Virus record (IMG/VR): IMGVR_UViG_3300028833_000001
Span: 191,171-255,170 of that record
From: a virus
Lineage: Duplodnaviria; Heunggongvirae; Uroviricota; Caudoviricetes
Direction: 5' to 3' (one strand)
DNA: 64,000 nt
The position numbers and the translations under genes were made by a program. Positions 1 to 8,579 of this stretch are shown here, in pieces. Positions within the stretch are counted from its first letter, which is position 1. Each line of letters opens with the position of its first letter. A model generated the notes under the pieces. It worked only from the letters and a program-made list of their open reading frames with translations. It was not told the DNA's origin and ran no database searches.

Positions 1-2
1 CA

Positions 3-359
3 CAAAATAAGTCATTATCCAAACTAATTATAAACAAAACAAGTTTTATTAAAGCAGAACCTTGGATGATGCGTGTTGGGCCGAGATTATGGTCGTTGTT
101 TTCTGGTGGTTTTGATGGAATTGACGGAAAAAGCATACCATATCTTATGAGAAACATATCAATGACCGATTATGATGAATTTGAAAAACTTATAATCGGC
201 GCAATAGATAAAACAAATGACTGGAAACAGTCTATGAAAAAATTATCATACAAATCAAAAAGGGATTCTGACTACTTTAAATTTGTTGATAAAATGGCAA
301 AAATGCAAAGCGACAAAGGAATAATAACGGATGACTACATTCACCCAGACGAGTTATAA
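3..359 (+). CDS. Hypothetical protein, 5' end lies outside the window
   Basis: The frame of the 66..359 ORF is open from base 3 (QNKSLSKLIINKTSFIKAEPW then MMRV...). It ends 8 nt before the protease start. Confidence 0.7.
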   Translation, partial: QNKSLSKLIINKTSFIKAEPWMMRVGPRLWSLFSGGFDGIDGKSIPYLMRNISMTDYDEFEKLIIGAIDKTNDWKQSMKKLSYKSKRDSDYFKFVDKMAKMQSDKGIITDDYIHPDEL

Positions 360-367
360 TATATAAT

Positions 368-2188
368 ATGGATAGAACAAATTTAGTAGAAATAAAAAAA
401 GGCGAAACTGGAACTGGAATTTTAATTGAAAATGACGGATTTATTTCCAGTAAAGTTGGTGATAACCAAAAATTGTTCGAAGATATAAATTCTGGTAGAG
501 AGAATGGCGATTTTTATTGCCCAAAACCATTTATTGTTTCGGCTGTTTTTCAAAAATTCGGTCTGGAAAACGCTAATGGTAGAATTTATCCAGAGTCTGT
601 ATTAAAAAGAGAAGTTGAAAAATACCAAAAATTAATTCAAGATAGAGCTGCCATAGGTGAATGCTATAGACCAGAAGCTATGGTTTTAACTGAAACTGGT
701 TGGAAACATTTATTTGAGGTTAAAATTGGTGAAAACATATTGACGTTGAATACAAAAACCAATGAAATTGAGATACAACCAATTAAAAATGTTGTAAAGT
801 ACCATTATTCTGGAAAAATGATAAATATTAATGGAAGACAAATTAACGATGTTGTTACTCCAGACCATGGATACCCACTATTTGACAGAAATCATAAATT
901 CAGACAATTTGTCACAGCTAAAGAATTAATGGATAATGACTCGTATTCACATTTTTACATCCCAAAAACTGGTGAGTGGGTTGGCAGAAATGACGAGTAT
1001 ATGATTATACCGAAAATAGAGCCTAATAATTTGTCTAATAGAATGAAAAAAGAACTTCGTGAAAAATACTCATCCGATTTGGTTATACCAATGGATGTTT
1101 TTGCGAAATTTATGGGTATATATTTGTCTGAAGGCTCTCATTCTAAAAAAACTAGTAAAAGTAATAAAGTCAACATACACCAGAAGAAAGAGAGTGTTTG
1201 TGTTGAAATAGAAAAAATGTTAGAAGAGTGGGGTATTCCTTTTACTGTTAATACAAGTAAAACAGGCGCTAAAACTTTTGTTATATCAGACATGAGACTT
1301 TGTAAGTATGTAGAACAATTTGGATTATGCTATGATAAATTTGTTCCTTTTGAATTAAAGCAACAATCAAAAGAAATTTTAAGAATCTTTTATGATTGGT
1401 TTGTGCTTGGTGATGGTAGAATTAGGGGTGACAAAAGAAGAACAAAAAAATCATTGTCCGATGATGTTTTCTCAACATCAAAAAGATTGGCATTGGATTT
1501 GAATGAAATACAATTGAAAATTGGATATTCTGGAACTTTTTCTGTTGAAAACAGAAATTATGACAGAATAATTGAAGATAGAATTATTTTAGGTGAAAAT
1601 TCACACGATTTATATTTTTCATATAAATCACTTACTAATGGGATTTACACAGATAAAAGATTTATGACTACTAATGAAGTTGATTACGATGGTGATGTTA
1701 TGTGTGTTGAAGTTGATAATCACATTTGGTATGTTATGGATAATAACAGATGCCATTGGACTAAAAATTGCAACCACCCGTCAGAATCAGTAATCGATTT
1801 ATCAAGAACCGCTATCAATATAACAGAACTACATTGGGAAGGACATACATTGGTAGGTAAAATGGAAGTTCTGATTTCAGAAGGTTTTAGAAGATATGGA
1901 CTTATTACATGTCAAGGCGACCAAGTTGCCCATTTATTGCTAAGCGGAATTAAAATTGGTGTTTCGTCAAGAGGACTTGGCACTGTATCAAATAAGATGG
2001 GTACGTTATATGTGGCTGATGACTATGAAATTATTTGCTGGGATGTCGTATCTTCACCGTCAACAAATGGGGCCTATATCTCAACAAGCGGTATTGAAGG
2101 GTTACAACCATACATTGAAAGTAAAGAAAATGATGAAACAAGATTAATTGATGAAAAAATTAACAAATTTAATGATTGGTTAATTTAA
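368..2188 (+). CDS. Prohead core protease (T4 gp21-like) interrupted by an intein
   Basis: gp21-like motifs NANGRIYP, AIGE|CNHP (catalytic His), IGVSSRGLG (catalytic Ser) and WDVVSSPS. It lies directly before the scaffold and capsid genes. Removing the intein leaves 237 aa. Confidence 0.93.
   Translation: MDRTNLVEIKKGETGTGILIENDGFISSKVGDNQKLFEDINSGRENGDFYCPKPFIVSAVFQKFGLENANGRIYPESVLKREVEKYQKLIQDRAAIGECYRPEAMVLTETGWKHLFEVKIGENILTLNTKTNEIEIQPIKNVVKYHYSGKMININGRQINDVVTPDHGYPLFDRNHKFRQFVTAKELMDNDSYSHFYIPKTGEWVGRNDEYMIIPKIEPNNLSNRMKKELREKYSSDLVIPMDVFAKFMGIYLSEGSHSKKTSKSNKVNIHQKKESVCVEIEKMLEEWGIPFTVNTSKTGAKTFVISDMRLCKYVEQFGLCYDKFVPFELKQQSKEILRIFYDWFVLGDGRIRGDKRRTKKSLSDDVFSTSKRLALDLNEIQLKIGYSGTFSVENRNYDRIIEDRIILGENSHDLYFSYKSLTNGIYTDKRFMTTNEVDYDGDVMCVEVDNHIWYVMDNNRCHWTKNCNHPSESVIDLSRTAINITELHWEGHTLVGKMEVLISEGFRRYGLITCQGDQVAHLLLSGIKIGVSSRGLGTVSNKMGTLYVADDYEIICWDVVSSPSTNGAYISTSGIEGLQPYIESKENDETRLIDEKINKFNDWLI
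662..1768 (+). mobile_element. Intein with LAGLIDADG homing endonuclease, 369 aa
   Basis: Starts at Cys (CYRPEAMVLTETGW). Block B TPDH, endonuclease helices FMGIYLSEGS and WFVLGDGR, block F VMCVEVDNH, terminal Asn (HWTKN) followed by +1 Cys. Confidence 0.92.
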
Positions 2189-2264
2189 TTTTTAATATTG
2201 AAACTATTTACTTATTGTATAATTCAAAAATACATGATTTATAATGTATTTTTTAATTGAATAA

Positions 2265-2274
2265 GCTATTTATA
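2265..2274 (+). promoter_or_regulatory. Putative late promoter GCTATTTATA (scaffold/capsid); a second partial copy ACTATTTA at 2203-2210
   Basis: Same motif recurs before many virion genes; core is 39 nt upstream of ATG 2305. Confidence 0.6.
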
Positions 2275-2304
2275 AAAAAAAAATAAAAAGAAAATTTTCT
2301 AAAG

Positions 2305-4023
2305 ATGAGCAATCATACTAAAAAAACAATAGCGCAAAAGGCATTACTTGAAATGGATAATATAACTGCCGCGCTAAAGGAAGAAAGCAAAAAATCGCTT
2401 AACACTCTTTTAAGTGAAGCTGTTAAGACTGCTTTACGAGAAGAATGTGAAGACGATGAAGATTGCGATTATGAAGTACTTGACGGTGACGAAGAAAGTC
2501 CTAAAGATACAAAGAAAAAAAAATCTAAAGAAGAAAAAGAATCTGGTGACGTTGATGAGGACGAAAACGATACCCAGATGCCACAAGATGGCGAAGCAAT
2601 GCAGGCTCAAGAACAACCAGAAAATGAACCTGGCGAAGAGGAACCTGGCGAAGAGGAACCTGGCGAAGAGGACCCAGCAAACAATATGCCAGCTGAAGAA
2701 CCGATGTACGGTGAAAATGCTGAACAGAATGGCCAACAAAATGGAGAAGAAGATGTATTTTCAAAGTATCAAGTAGGAGATAATACATATGACCTCACTG
2801 GTGAGAAAGACCAAGATGCAGTGGTAAAGGTGTATAAACTATTAAATAATGATGACAACATAGTTGTTAGACAGGATGGTGGCACTATCAAATTAATAGA
2901 TAATACAGCAGACACAGAATATGTTATTGATTTTGGTGATAACGACCAAGAACAATATAGTGAGGAACCGACACAAGATGATACTCAATTAAATGAAGAT
3001 GAAGATTTTTCAGGAATCGCTGGTTTTCCAGACGATGACGAAATCAATGACTCTGACTATGAACCAGAATCTGACGAGCTTTATCAAGATTTCGATTGGC
3101 ACAATGATGAAAACTTCGATGATGAAGATTTTGATGGCAATTATGGTAATAATGATGATGATTTCGATTTAGATTTGGGCTCAGATGACGATGAGTTTGA
3201 CGATTTTGATAATAACATTAATGAAAATAGAAAATCTAGAAAACCAATGAAGAAAAATAAAAACGAAGTATTATTTGAAATTGACCTTGGTTACACTGAC
3301 AATTACCAAGACAAAGACCCTATATCTGGTTTATCCAATAATGAACCAGCCAAAGGAAAAAAAGATTGGGATGCTGGTGTGCCTAAAGGGACTAAAAAAC
3401 CATTTGCTGGTGATTCAAAATCGAAAGGAACACCATTTGAGGATACTGTAAATGAAGAGGATGAAACAATGGATTCCACAGAAATGAGTGGAGATGTTGA
3501 AGAAGGTGGCGCTAACGTTGGAGGTGCTGTTCAACAAAGGAGTACTGCTAAGAGTAGAATTCCTAACAATAGAAAAGAACATGGCCCTTACAATAAAAGA
3601 CACGTTTCAACAGCCACTGATGGATATGAAGAAATTGTTTCTGAAATGAAGAAAATTAAAAAAGAAAACAAAGAACTTAAAGAATCTGTTAAATCTTTAC
3701 TTAAAAATTTGAATGAAGCTTATGTTACAAATCATAATTTAGGAAAAATTACAAAACTATTTGTTGAAAATGTAACAACACAAGAAGAAAAAGTTGACAT
3801 TGTAAACAGATTTGCTAGTGATGCTAAAACTGTGAAACAGTCAAATGCTTTATTTGAAACAATTCAAAGAGAACTTCAAAAGTCTCACTCAAACAGCGGT
3901 TTGAATTTGAATGAATCATCAATGACCGCAAAAGGTACAAAACAATTAAATGAAGTCCAACAATATGCATCAAAAGACCTTCTTAAAACAAAGGATTTGA
4001 TGAATAGGATTTTAGAATGGTAA
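2305..4023 (+). CDS. Prohead scaffolding/core protein (T4 gp22-like position and composition)
   Basis: Between protease and capsid gene. Very acidic low-complexity body, C-terminal coiled coil, many L/I/V-x-E sites (LSE, LNE x4, INE, VNE) of the T4 gp21 cleavage type. Confidence 0.8.
   Translation: MSNHTKKTIAQKALLEMDNITAALKEESKKSLNTLLSEAVKTALREECEDDEDCDYEVLDGDEESPKDTKKKKSKEEKESGDVDEDENDTQMPQDGEAMQAQEQPENEPGEEEPGEEEPGEEDPANNMPAEEPMYGENAEQNGQQNGEEDVFSKYQVGDNTYDLTGEKDQDAVVKVYKLLNNDDNIVVRQDGGTIKLIDNTADTEYVIDFGDNDQEQYSEEPTQDDTQLNEDEDFSGIAGFPDDDEINDSDYEPESDELYQDFDWHNDENFDDEDFDGNYGNNDDDFDLDLGSDDDEFDDFDNNINENRKSRKPMKKNKNEVLFEIDLGYTDNYQDKDPISGLSNNEPAKGKKDWDAGVPKGTKKPFAGDSKSKGTPFEDTVNEEDETMDSTEMSGDVEEGGANVGGAVQQRSTAKSRIPNNRKEHGPYNKRHVSTATDGYEEIVSEMKKIKKENKELKESVKSLLKNLNEAYVTNHNLGKITKLFVENVTTQEEKVDIVNRFASDAKTVKQSNALFETIQRELQKSHSNSGLNLNESSMTAKGTKQLNEVQQYASKDLLKTKDLMNRILEW
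2626..2670 (+). repeat. Tandem repeat, 3 x 15 bp GAACCTGGCGAAGAG (EPGEE)3
   Basis: Three perfect copies read directly, followed by a degenerate GACCCA. Confidence 0.95.
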
Positions 4024-4063
4024 AAAAAAAATAAAAATAAGGATATAAAAAGAAATTAATAAA

Positions 4064-5992
4064 ATGAGAGAATTTTTAAATTCAGGACTCGTTGGTAATA
4101 TCGAACTTAACGAGCAAAAAAGAATCAGAAAAGAGATTTCAAAACGCTGGGACGAATTTGGTCTGACCGAAGGTCTTAAAGGCGTTATGAAAGAGAATAT
4201 CTCAATGCTTTTCGAAAACGAAGCAAAGGTTCTTCTTTCCGAAGCTACCGATGCTAATAACAGCGGTTCTTTCGAAACTGTTGTTTTCCCAATTATTCGC
4301 CGTGTCTTCAGCAAACTTCTTGCTAATGACATCGTTTCAGTACAGGCTATGAACCTTCCTATCGGTAAGTTGTTCTTCATGATTCCTGTTACTTCTGAAA
4401 GAGAATGGAATCAAGCAACTGAAGGTGAACTAACCGATGGTGATACTGGTCGTCATAGAGGTCTTCAAGGTTATGAGAGAACAGACCGCAGAAATGGCAA
4501 TAAATGGAATCGTTTCTATTTGCCAGATGAAGCTGTTATGCCTATGGAATTTGAAGAATCAACAGATGGTGGTAAAACTTGGACTCCAATTGCTGATGCA
4601 ACAACTTATGATGAAGCTAGTAAAAAAGCAACAGCTGATGCAATTATCAGACAAAAAAGTCCAAGCGTAACAACTTATCATCAAAGGTCATTATACGATT
4701 TATTCTATAACGATTTCTTGTATGACAACTCAAAAGGTAAAATCAGAATCCGCGTTGCTGCTGATGGTGATATAACTCCTGTTGTCTTTGAAGATTACAA
4801 ATTAGTTGATGTTGATGCTAACCACAAAGTGAAATTGTATGCTGATGGTAGTGTTCGTAACGTTATTTTGAAAGTTGGTGGTTTCTCTGGCTTCAATGCT
4901 GGTAAACTTACTGGTCCTGATGGAAACGAAATGGATACTGAAGCTTTCTTGGCTTCTTTGAAGATTTACATGAAAAAAGACATCACTTCTGATGAATATT
5001 CATGCTTCGAAACAAATGAAGGTGTTCCTTTCAGAGTGGTAACCCAAAAATATGGTAAAGGTATTGTTGAATACAACTCAGCTTGTGATGCCGAAGGCTT
5101 CATCTATCTTGATGTTGATTTAGCAAAACCAACCAGAAAACAAGGCCAAACTCTTGATGGTTACATCGGAATTGAAGAACAAGATGATTACAAATCATTG
5201 TTCGGTGTTGCTTGGTGTCAATATGACTCATTAGAGCTTGAAACTGAAATTGGTGAAGTTTCTTTCAAACTTGACAGCGTTACTGTTTCCGTTGAAGAAA
5301 GAAAACTTCGTGCAACTTGGTCTCCTGAGCTTGCCCAAGACGTTTCTGCGTTCCATAACATTGATGCTGAAGCTGAATTGTCTGCTTTGTTAGCAGAACA
5401 AATTGCCGCTGAGATTGACCGTGAGATTTTGCGTGACCTTCGTAAATATGCTCCTTGGAAACTTCGTTGGGATGTTAACGGTTGGAGAAGACAAGCTGGT
5501 TTCTCAACCAACTACACTCAAAAAGATTGGAACCAAGAGTTAATCGTTAGAATTAACCAAATTTCAGCTCAAATCCACAAATCAACTCTTCGTGGTGGTG
5601 CAAACTTCATCGTTGTTTCTAGCGAAATTAGTGCTTTGTTTGACAACCTTGAATACTTCCACGTAAGTGATGCTTCTCCTGAGAGCGACCAATACAATAT
5701 GGGTATCGAAAGAGTCGGTGCTTTACAGAACCGTTACCAAGTATATCGTGACCCATATTCACCAGCTTGGTCTATAATCATCGGTCATAAGGGTAAATCT
5801 CTTCTTGACACTGGTTATATCTATGCTCCATATATTCCTATGCAGCTTACTCCGTTGATTTACAATCCTCACAACTTTGCACCTGTTAAGGGTATTATGA
5901 CCCGTTATGCAAAGAAATGTGTCAACAACCGTTTCTATGGAAGCGTGATTGTCGATGGTTTGCTTCAATGGGACCCTCAAGAATTGCGTTAG
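4064..5992 (+). CDS. Major capsid protein (T4 gp23-like) with large central insertion
   Basis: FPIIRRVF, DIVSVQAMNLPIG, VEERKLRATWSPELAQD, IDAEAEL, EIDREIL, YAPYIP, IMTRY. Probable maturation site LLSE|AT near residue 60. Confidence 0.95.
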   Translation: MREFLNSGLVGNIELNEQKRIRKEISKRWDEFGLTEGLKGVMKENISMLFENEAKVLLSEATDANNSGSFETVVFPIIRRVFSKLLANDIVSVQAMNLPIGKLFFMIPVTSEREWNQATEGELTDGDTGRHRGLQGYERTDRRNGNKWNRFYLPDEAVMPMEFEESTDGGKTWTPIADATTYDEASKKATADAIIRQKSPSVTTYHQRSLYDLFYNDFLYDNSKGKIRIRVAADGDITPVVFEDYKLVDVDANHKVKLYADGSVRNVILKVGGFSGFNAGKLTGPDGNEMDTEAFLASLKIYMKKDITSDEYSCFETNEGVPFRVVTQKYGKGIVEYNSACDAEGFIYLDVDLAKPTRKQGQTLDGYIGIEEQDDYKSLFGVAWCQYDSLELETEIGEVSFKLDSVTVSVEERKLRATWSPELAQDVSAFHNIDAEAELSALLAEQIAAEIDREILRDLRKYAPWKLRWDVNGWRRQAGFSTNYTQKDWNQELIVRINQISAQIHKSTLRGGANFIVVSSEISALFDNLEYFHVSDASPESDQYNMGIERVGALQNRYQVYRDPYSPAWSIIIGHKGKSLLDTGYIYAPYIPMQLTPLIYNPHNFAPVKGIMTRYAKKCVNNRFYGSVIVDGLLQWDPQELR

Positions 5993-6016
5993 TAAATAAC
6001 TGATTCTAAATAATTT

Positions 6017-6048
6017 AAAGGGACGTTAATTAAAACGTCCCTTTTTTT
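6017..6048 (+). terminator. Rho-independent terminator after the capsid gene
   Basis: AAAGGGACGTT-AATTAA-AACGTCCCTTT plus T run. Confidence 0.85.
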
Positions 6049-6150
6049 ATGTTTTATTTTTATGTAACGTACACACTAGTTGAATTATACGTGAGCATTA
6101 ATGTTTTTATGCTTTTTATGTAAACAATGGTTTTTTTTCTTGTTTGTTTC

Positions 6151-6159
6151 ACTATTTAT
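6151..6159 (+). promoter_or_regulatory. Putative late promoter ACTATTTAT
   Basis: Recurrent motif, core 37 nt before ATG 6189. Confidence 0.5.
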
Positions 6160-6188
6160 TTGTATTATAAATAAAGTAGTTGATTAAT

Positions 6189-8093
6189 ATGAAAATAACG
6201 TTAGAAGTAAGAGAAAAAATTAAAAATCTTTATGTTTCTGGGGTTGGTATTGTTAAAATATCTAAACAAATACACACATCACCAAAAAAAGTAAAAGAAG
6301 CTTTATCAGAATGTGGAATCGACATAAATTCTGAAGATAGGGAATTTGGTCCAAGAAAAATAAAACCAGCTGGGTATTGGGATACTAAGGAACATTGCGA
6401 AAACGCAGCTAAAGAATGCAGGAATAGGGGTGAGTTTTATAAAAAATATTCTATTGCCGCCAGAAATTCTAATATTAACGGGTGGATTGATGAGTTTTCA
6501 GAAAAATATTTTACTAGAGAACCGCTTTATCTATCATTGAAGGACAAAGTACATTGTGTTTATTCATATGAATTTAAAGAAACTAAATCAGTATATGTTG
6601 GGAGAACTGTTGATATTAAAAGACGTGATTATGCTCATAGGGTTGATACAAAAGACACTGTTTTTAAGTATTCACAAGCTGAAAACATAAAAATACCGCA
6701 AATTAAAATTATCATCGATGGTTTAGATGGCTATGAAAGTTTGAACGAAGAAGAAAAGTGGGTGATTGAATATCAAAGACTTGGTTGGAACATTTTGAAT
6801 AAAAGTAAAACTGGTATAAATAGCGGCTCTTTAGGTTCCTCCAATAAAAAATGGACTTATGAAACTTGCAAAGCAGCTGCTATGTTGTGTAAAAATAAAG
6901 AAGAATTTAAAAAAAATTACAGTAGAGCACATAATGTATCAAGAGAGTACGGATGGATTGATGAATTTTTTCCGTTTAGTTCTAAAAAAGAAAATGGTTA
7001 TTTTGATAATATAGATAATTGTAAAAAAGAAGCTGAAAAGTTTGTTTCTATAATGGATATAAGAAAAAATTATCCATTTTTGTACCATAAAATTTCTAAA
7101 AATAAATGGATTGAAGACATTAGGACTCATATAAATGAAGATTCTAAAAAAATACATTCAGAAAGAAAATTTTCTTTATTTTTCAATAAAGAAACTAATG
7201 TTGCTAAAAACAAATTAAATAAAAATGAACTTGATTTTTATAATGAAGTTAGTTGTATGTTTGACGATGCCATAATTGATGATTCGTCTGTTCCTGATAT
7301 GCGTTTAATTATTAGGTCTGATAAATGTAGTGGGGTTTTTGTTTTGGTTACAGTTAAAAAGTGTGGTAGTTATTCACAATCATTAAGTAATAGTTATAAT
7401 AAAGCTGTTTATGATTATTGTATTTCTCATGAATATAAACTTATTTTAGTTTATGATACTGAATATATTTCATCTAAAAATTTAATAATAGATAAACTAA
7501 AGTTTTATTTTAAAAAGAAAAATAATCTTAAAAAAATAAACGCAAGACAGTGTAAAATTGTTGAAATTTCAAAAGTGGTGGCTAAAGAATTTTTAAATAA
7601 AAACCATATTCAAGGATTTTCAAAATCAAGTGTATATATCGGTGCTTATATGTCGGATAATTTGTGTGGTGTAATGACGTTTAAACGTAACCCAATAAAC
7701 TCTGGTGAAGAGTGGGAATTAAATAGGTATGCAACAGATGTTGATACTGTGTGTAGGGGGTTGGGCGGAAAAATGCTAAATTATTTTGTACAAACTAAAA
7801 AACCAACAAATATCGTATCTTTTGCTGACAAAAGATTTTCTAGCCCAGAAAATAACCTTTATACTAAAATAGGTTTTAAGTTACATTCTGAAACAAATGC
7901 ATCATATAAGTATTTTAATGTGTTAGATAACACTGACACTTTGTTGTATCATAAAATATCTTTTAATAAAAAGAAATTAAATAAGACATATAACTTACCA
8001 CTAACAATGACAGAGACAGAAATGACTAAAGCTCTTGGCTATGACAGAATTTGGGATTGTGGGTTAATTAAATATGTTTGGACCGCAAAATAA
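6189..8093 (+). CDS. Free-standing homing endonuclease: GIY-YIG domain, three helical repeats and a Hef-like C-terminal region
   Basis: VYSY...VYVGRT...RRDYAH...EEKW...LNK (GIY-YIG). Repeats of the type W-x-x-E-x-C-x3-A...GWIDEF. C-terminal INARQC...FLNKNHIQG...WELNRY...SFADKRFS...YDRIWDCG. The track start 6180 is TTG; ATG 6189 preferred. Confidence 0.8.
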   Translation: MKITLEVREKIKNLYVSGVGIVKISKQIHTSPKKVKEALSECGIDINSEDREFGPRKIKPAGYWDTKEHCENAAKECRNRGEFYKKYSIAARNSNINGWIDEFSEKYFTREPLYLSLKDKVHCVYSYEFKETKSVYVGRTVDIKRRDYAHRVDTKDTVFKYSQAENIKIPQIKIIIDGLDGYESLNEEEKWVIEYQRLGWNILNKSKTGINSGSLGSSNKKWTYETCKAAAMLCKNKEEFKKNYSRAHNVSREYGWIDEFFPFSSKKENGYFDNIDNCKKEAEKFVSIMDIRKNYPFLYHKISKNKWIEDIRTHINEDSKKIHSERKFSLFFNKETNVAKNKLNKNELDFYNEVSCMFDDAIIDDSSVPDMRLIIRSDKCSGVFVLVTVKKCGSYSQSLSNSYNKAVYDYCISHEYKLILVYDTEYISSKNLIIDKLKFYFKKKNNLKKINARQCKIVEISKVVAKEFLNKNHIQGFSKSSVYIGAYMSDNLCGVMTFKRNPINSGEEWELNRYATDVDTVCRGLGGKMLNYFVQTKKPTNIVSFADKRFSSPENNLYTKIGFKLHSETNASYKYFNVLDNTDTLLYHKISFNKKKLNKTYNLPLTMTETEMTKALGYDRIWDCGLIKYVWTAK

Positions 8094-8100
8094 ACATTGG

Positions 8101-8499
8101 CTATTTTTTAAACCAAATAACATGGGTAAAATCTTTTCTGTATATATTCTCTAGGATATCAGATGGTAATATTTTAACATCGCTTTTTGAATTGTATGTT
8201 GCGTAATTACCGTAACCGTTATTGTCATTAATTTCTTGATTTTTACATTTTTCTATAAATTCTTCCAAAGAATAAAAATCACCTTTCCATTGTTTATCAT
8301 AAACAATAATTGGCGGTTGTTTTAATCTTATATATTTTGATATAAAGTATAATTTTTCTTTAGTTGGTTTACTTTTTTCACAAAATTTATCAAATTCAAG
8401 TCTTTCTTTTAGACAATCTTTTTTTATCTCTTCATATTCCTTTTCTAGTGTGTCTTGTAAATCTAACAATTCTTCATATGTTTTATTTTCAAATATCAT
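8101..8499 (-). CDS. Hypothetical protein, 132 aa
   Basis: Fills the gap between endonuclease and terminase with normal composition; TATTTATA on its own strand at 8518-8525. Confidence 0.7.
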   Translation of the reverse strand: MIFENKTYEELLDLQDTLEKEYEEIKKDCLKERLEFDKFCEKSKPTKEKLYFISKYIRLKQPPIIVYDKQWKGDFYSLEEFIEKCKNQEINDNNGYGNYATYNSKSDVKILPSDILENIYRKDFTHVIWFKK

Positions 8500-8509
8500 A
8501 GTATCAAGG

Positions 8510-8525
8510 TATTTATATATAAATA
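8510..8525. promoter_or_regulatory. Perfect 16-bp palindrome TATTTATATATAAATA carrying a TATTTATA box on each strand
   Basis: Lies between the divergent 8101..8499 gene and the terminase gene. Confidence 0.5.
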
Positions 8526-8579
8526 TATAATGTTATTTTAGTAAAATCAAACTAAAAAACAGAATTAATTTATGTATAT

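Noticed and set aside
2626-2670. Possible CRISPR-like array
   Set aside because: Contiguous in-frame 15-bp units with no spacers, inside a coding region.
2414-2788. Alternative-frame and antisense ORFs with repeats (NLAKR, ARFLF, PLRQV)
   Set aside because: All are other-frame readings of the 15-bp EPGEE repeat in the scaffold gene.
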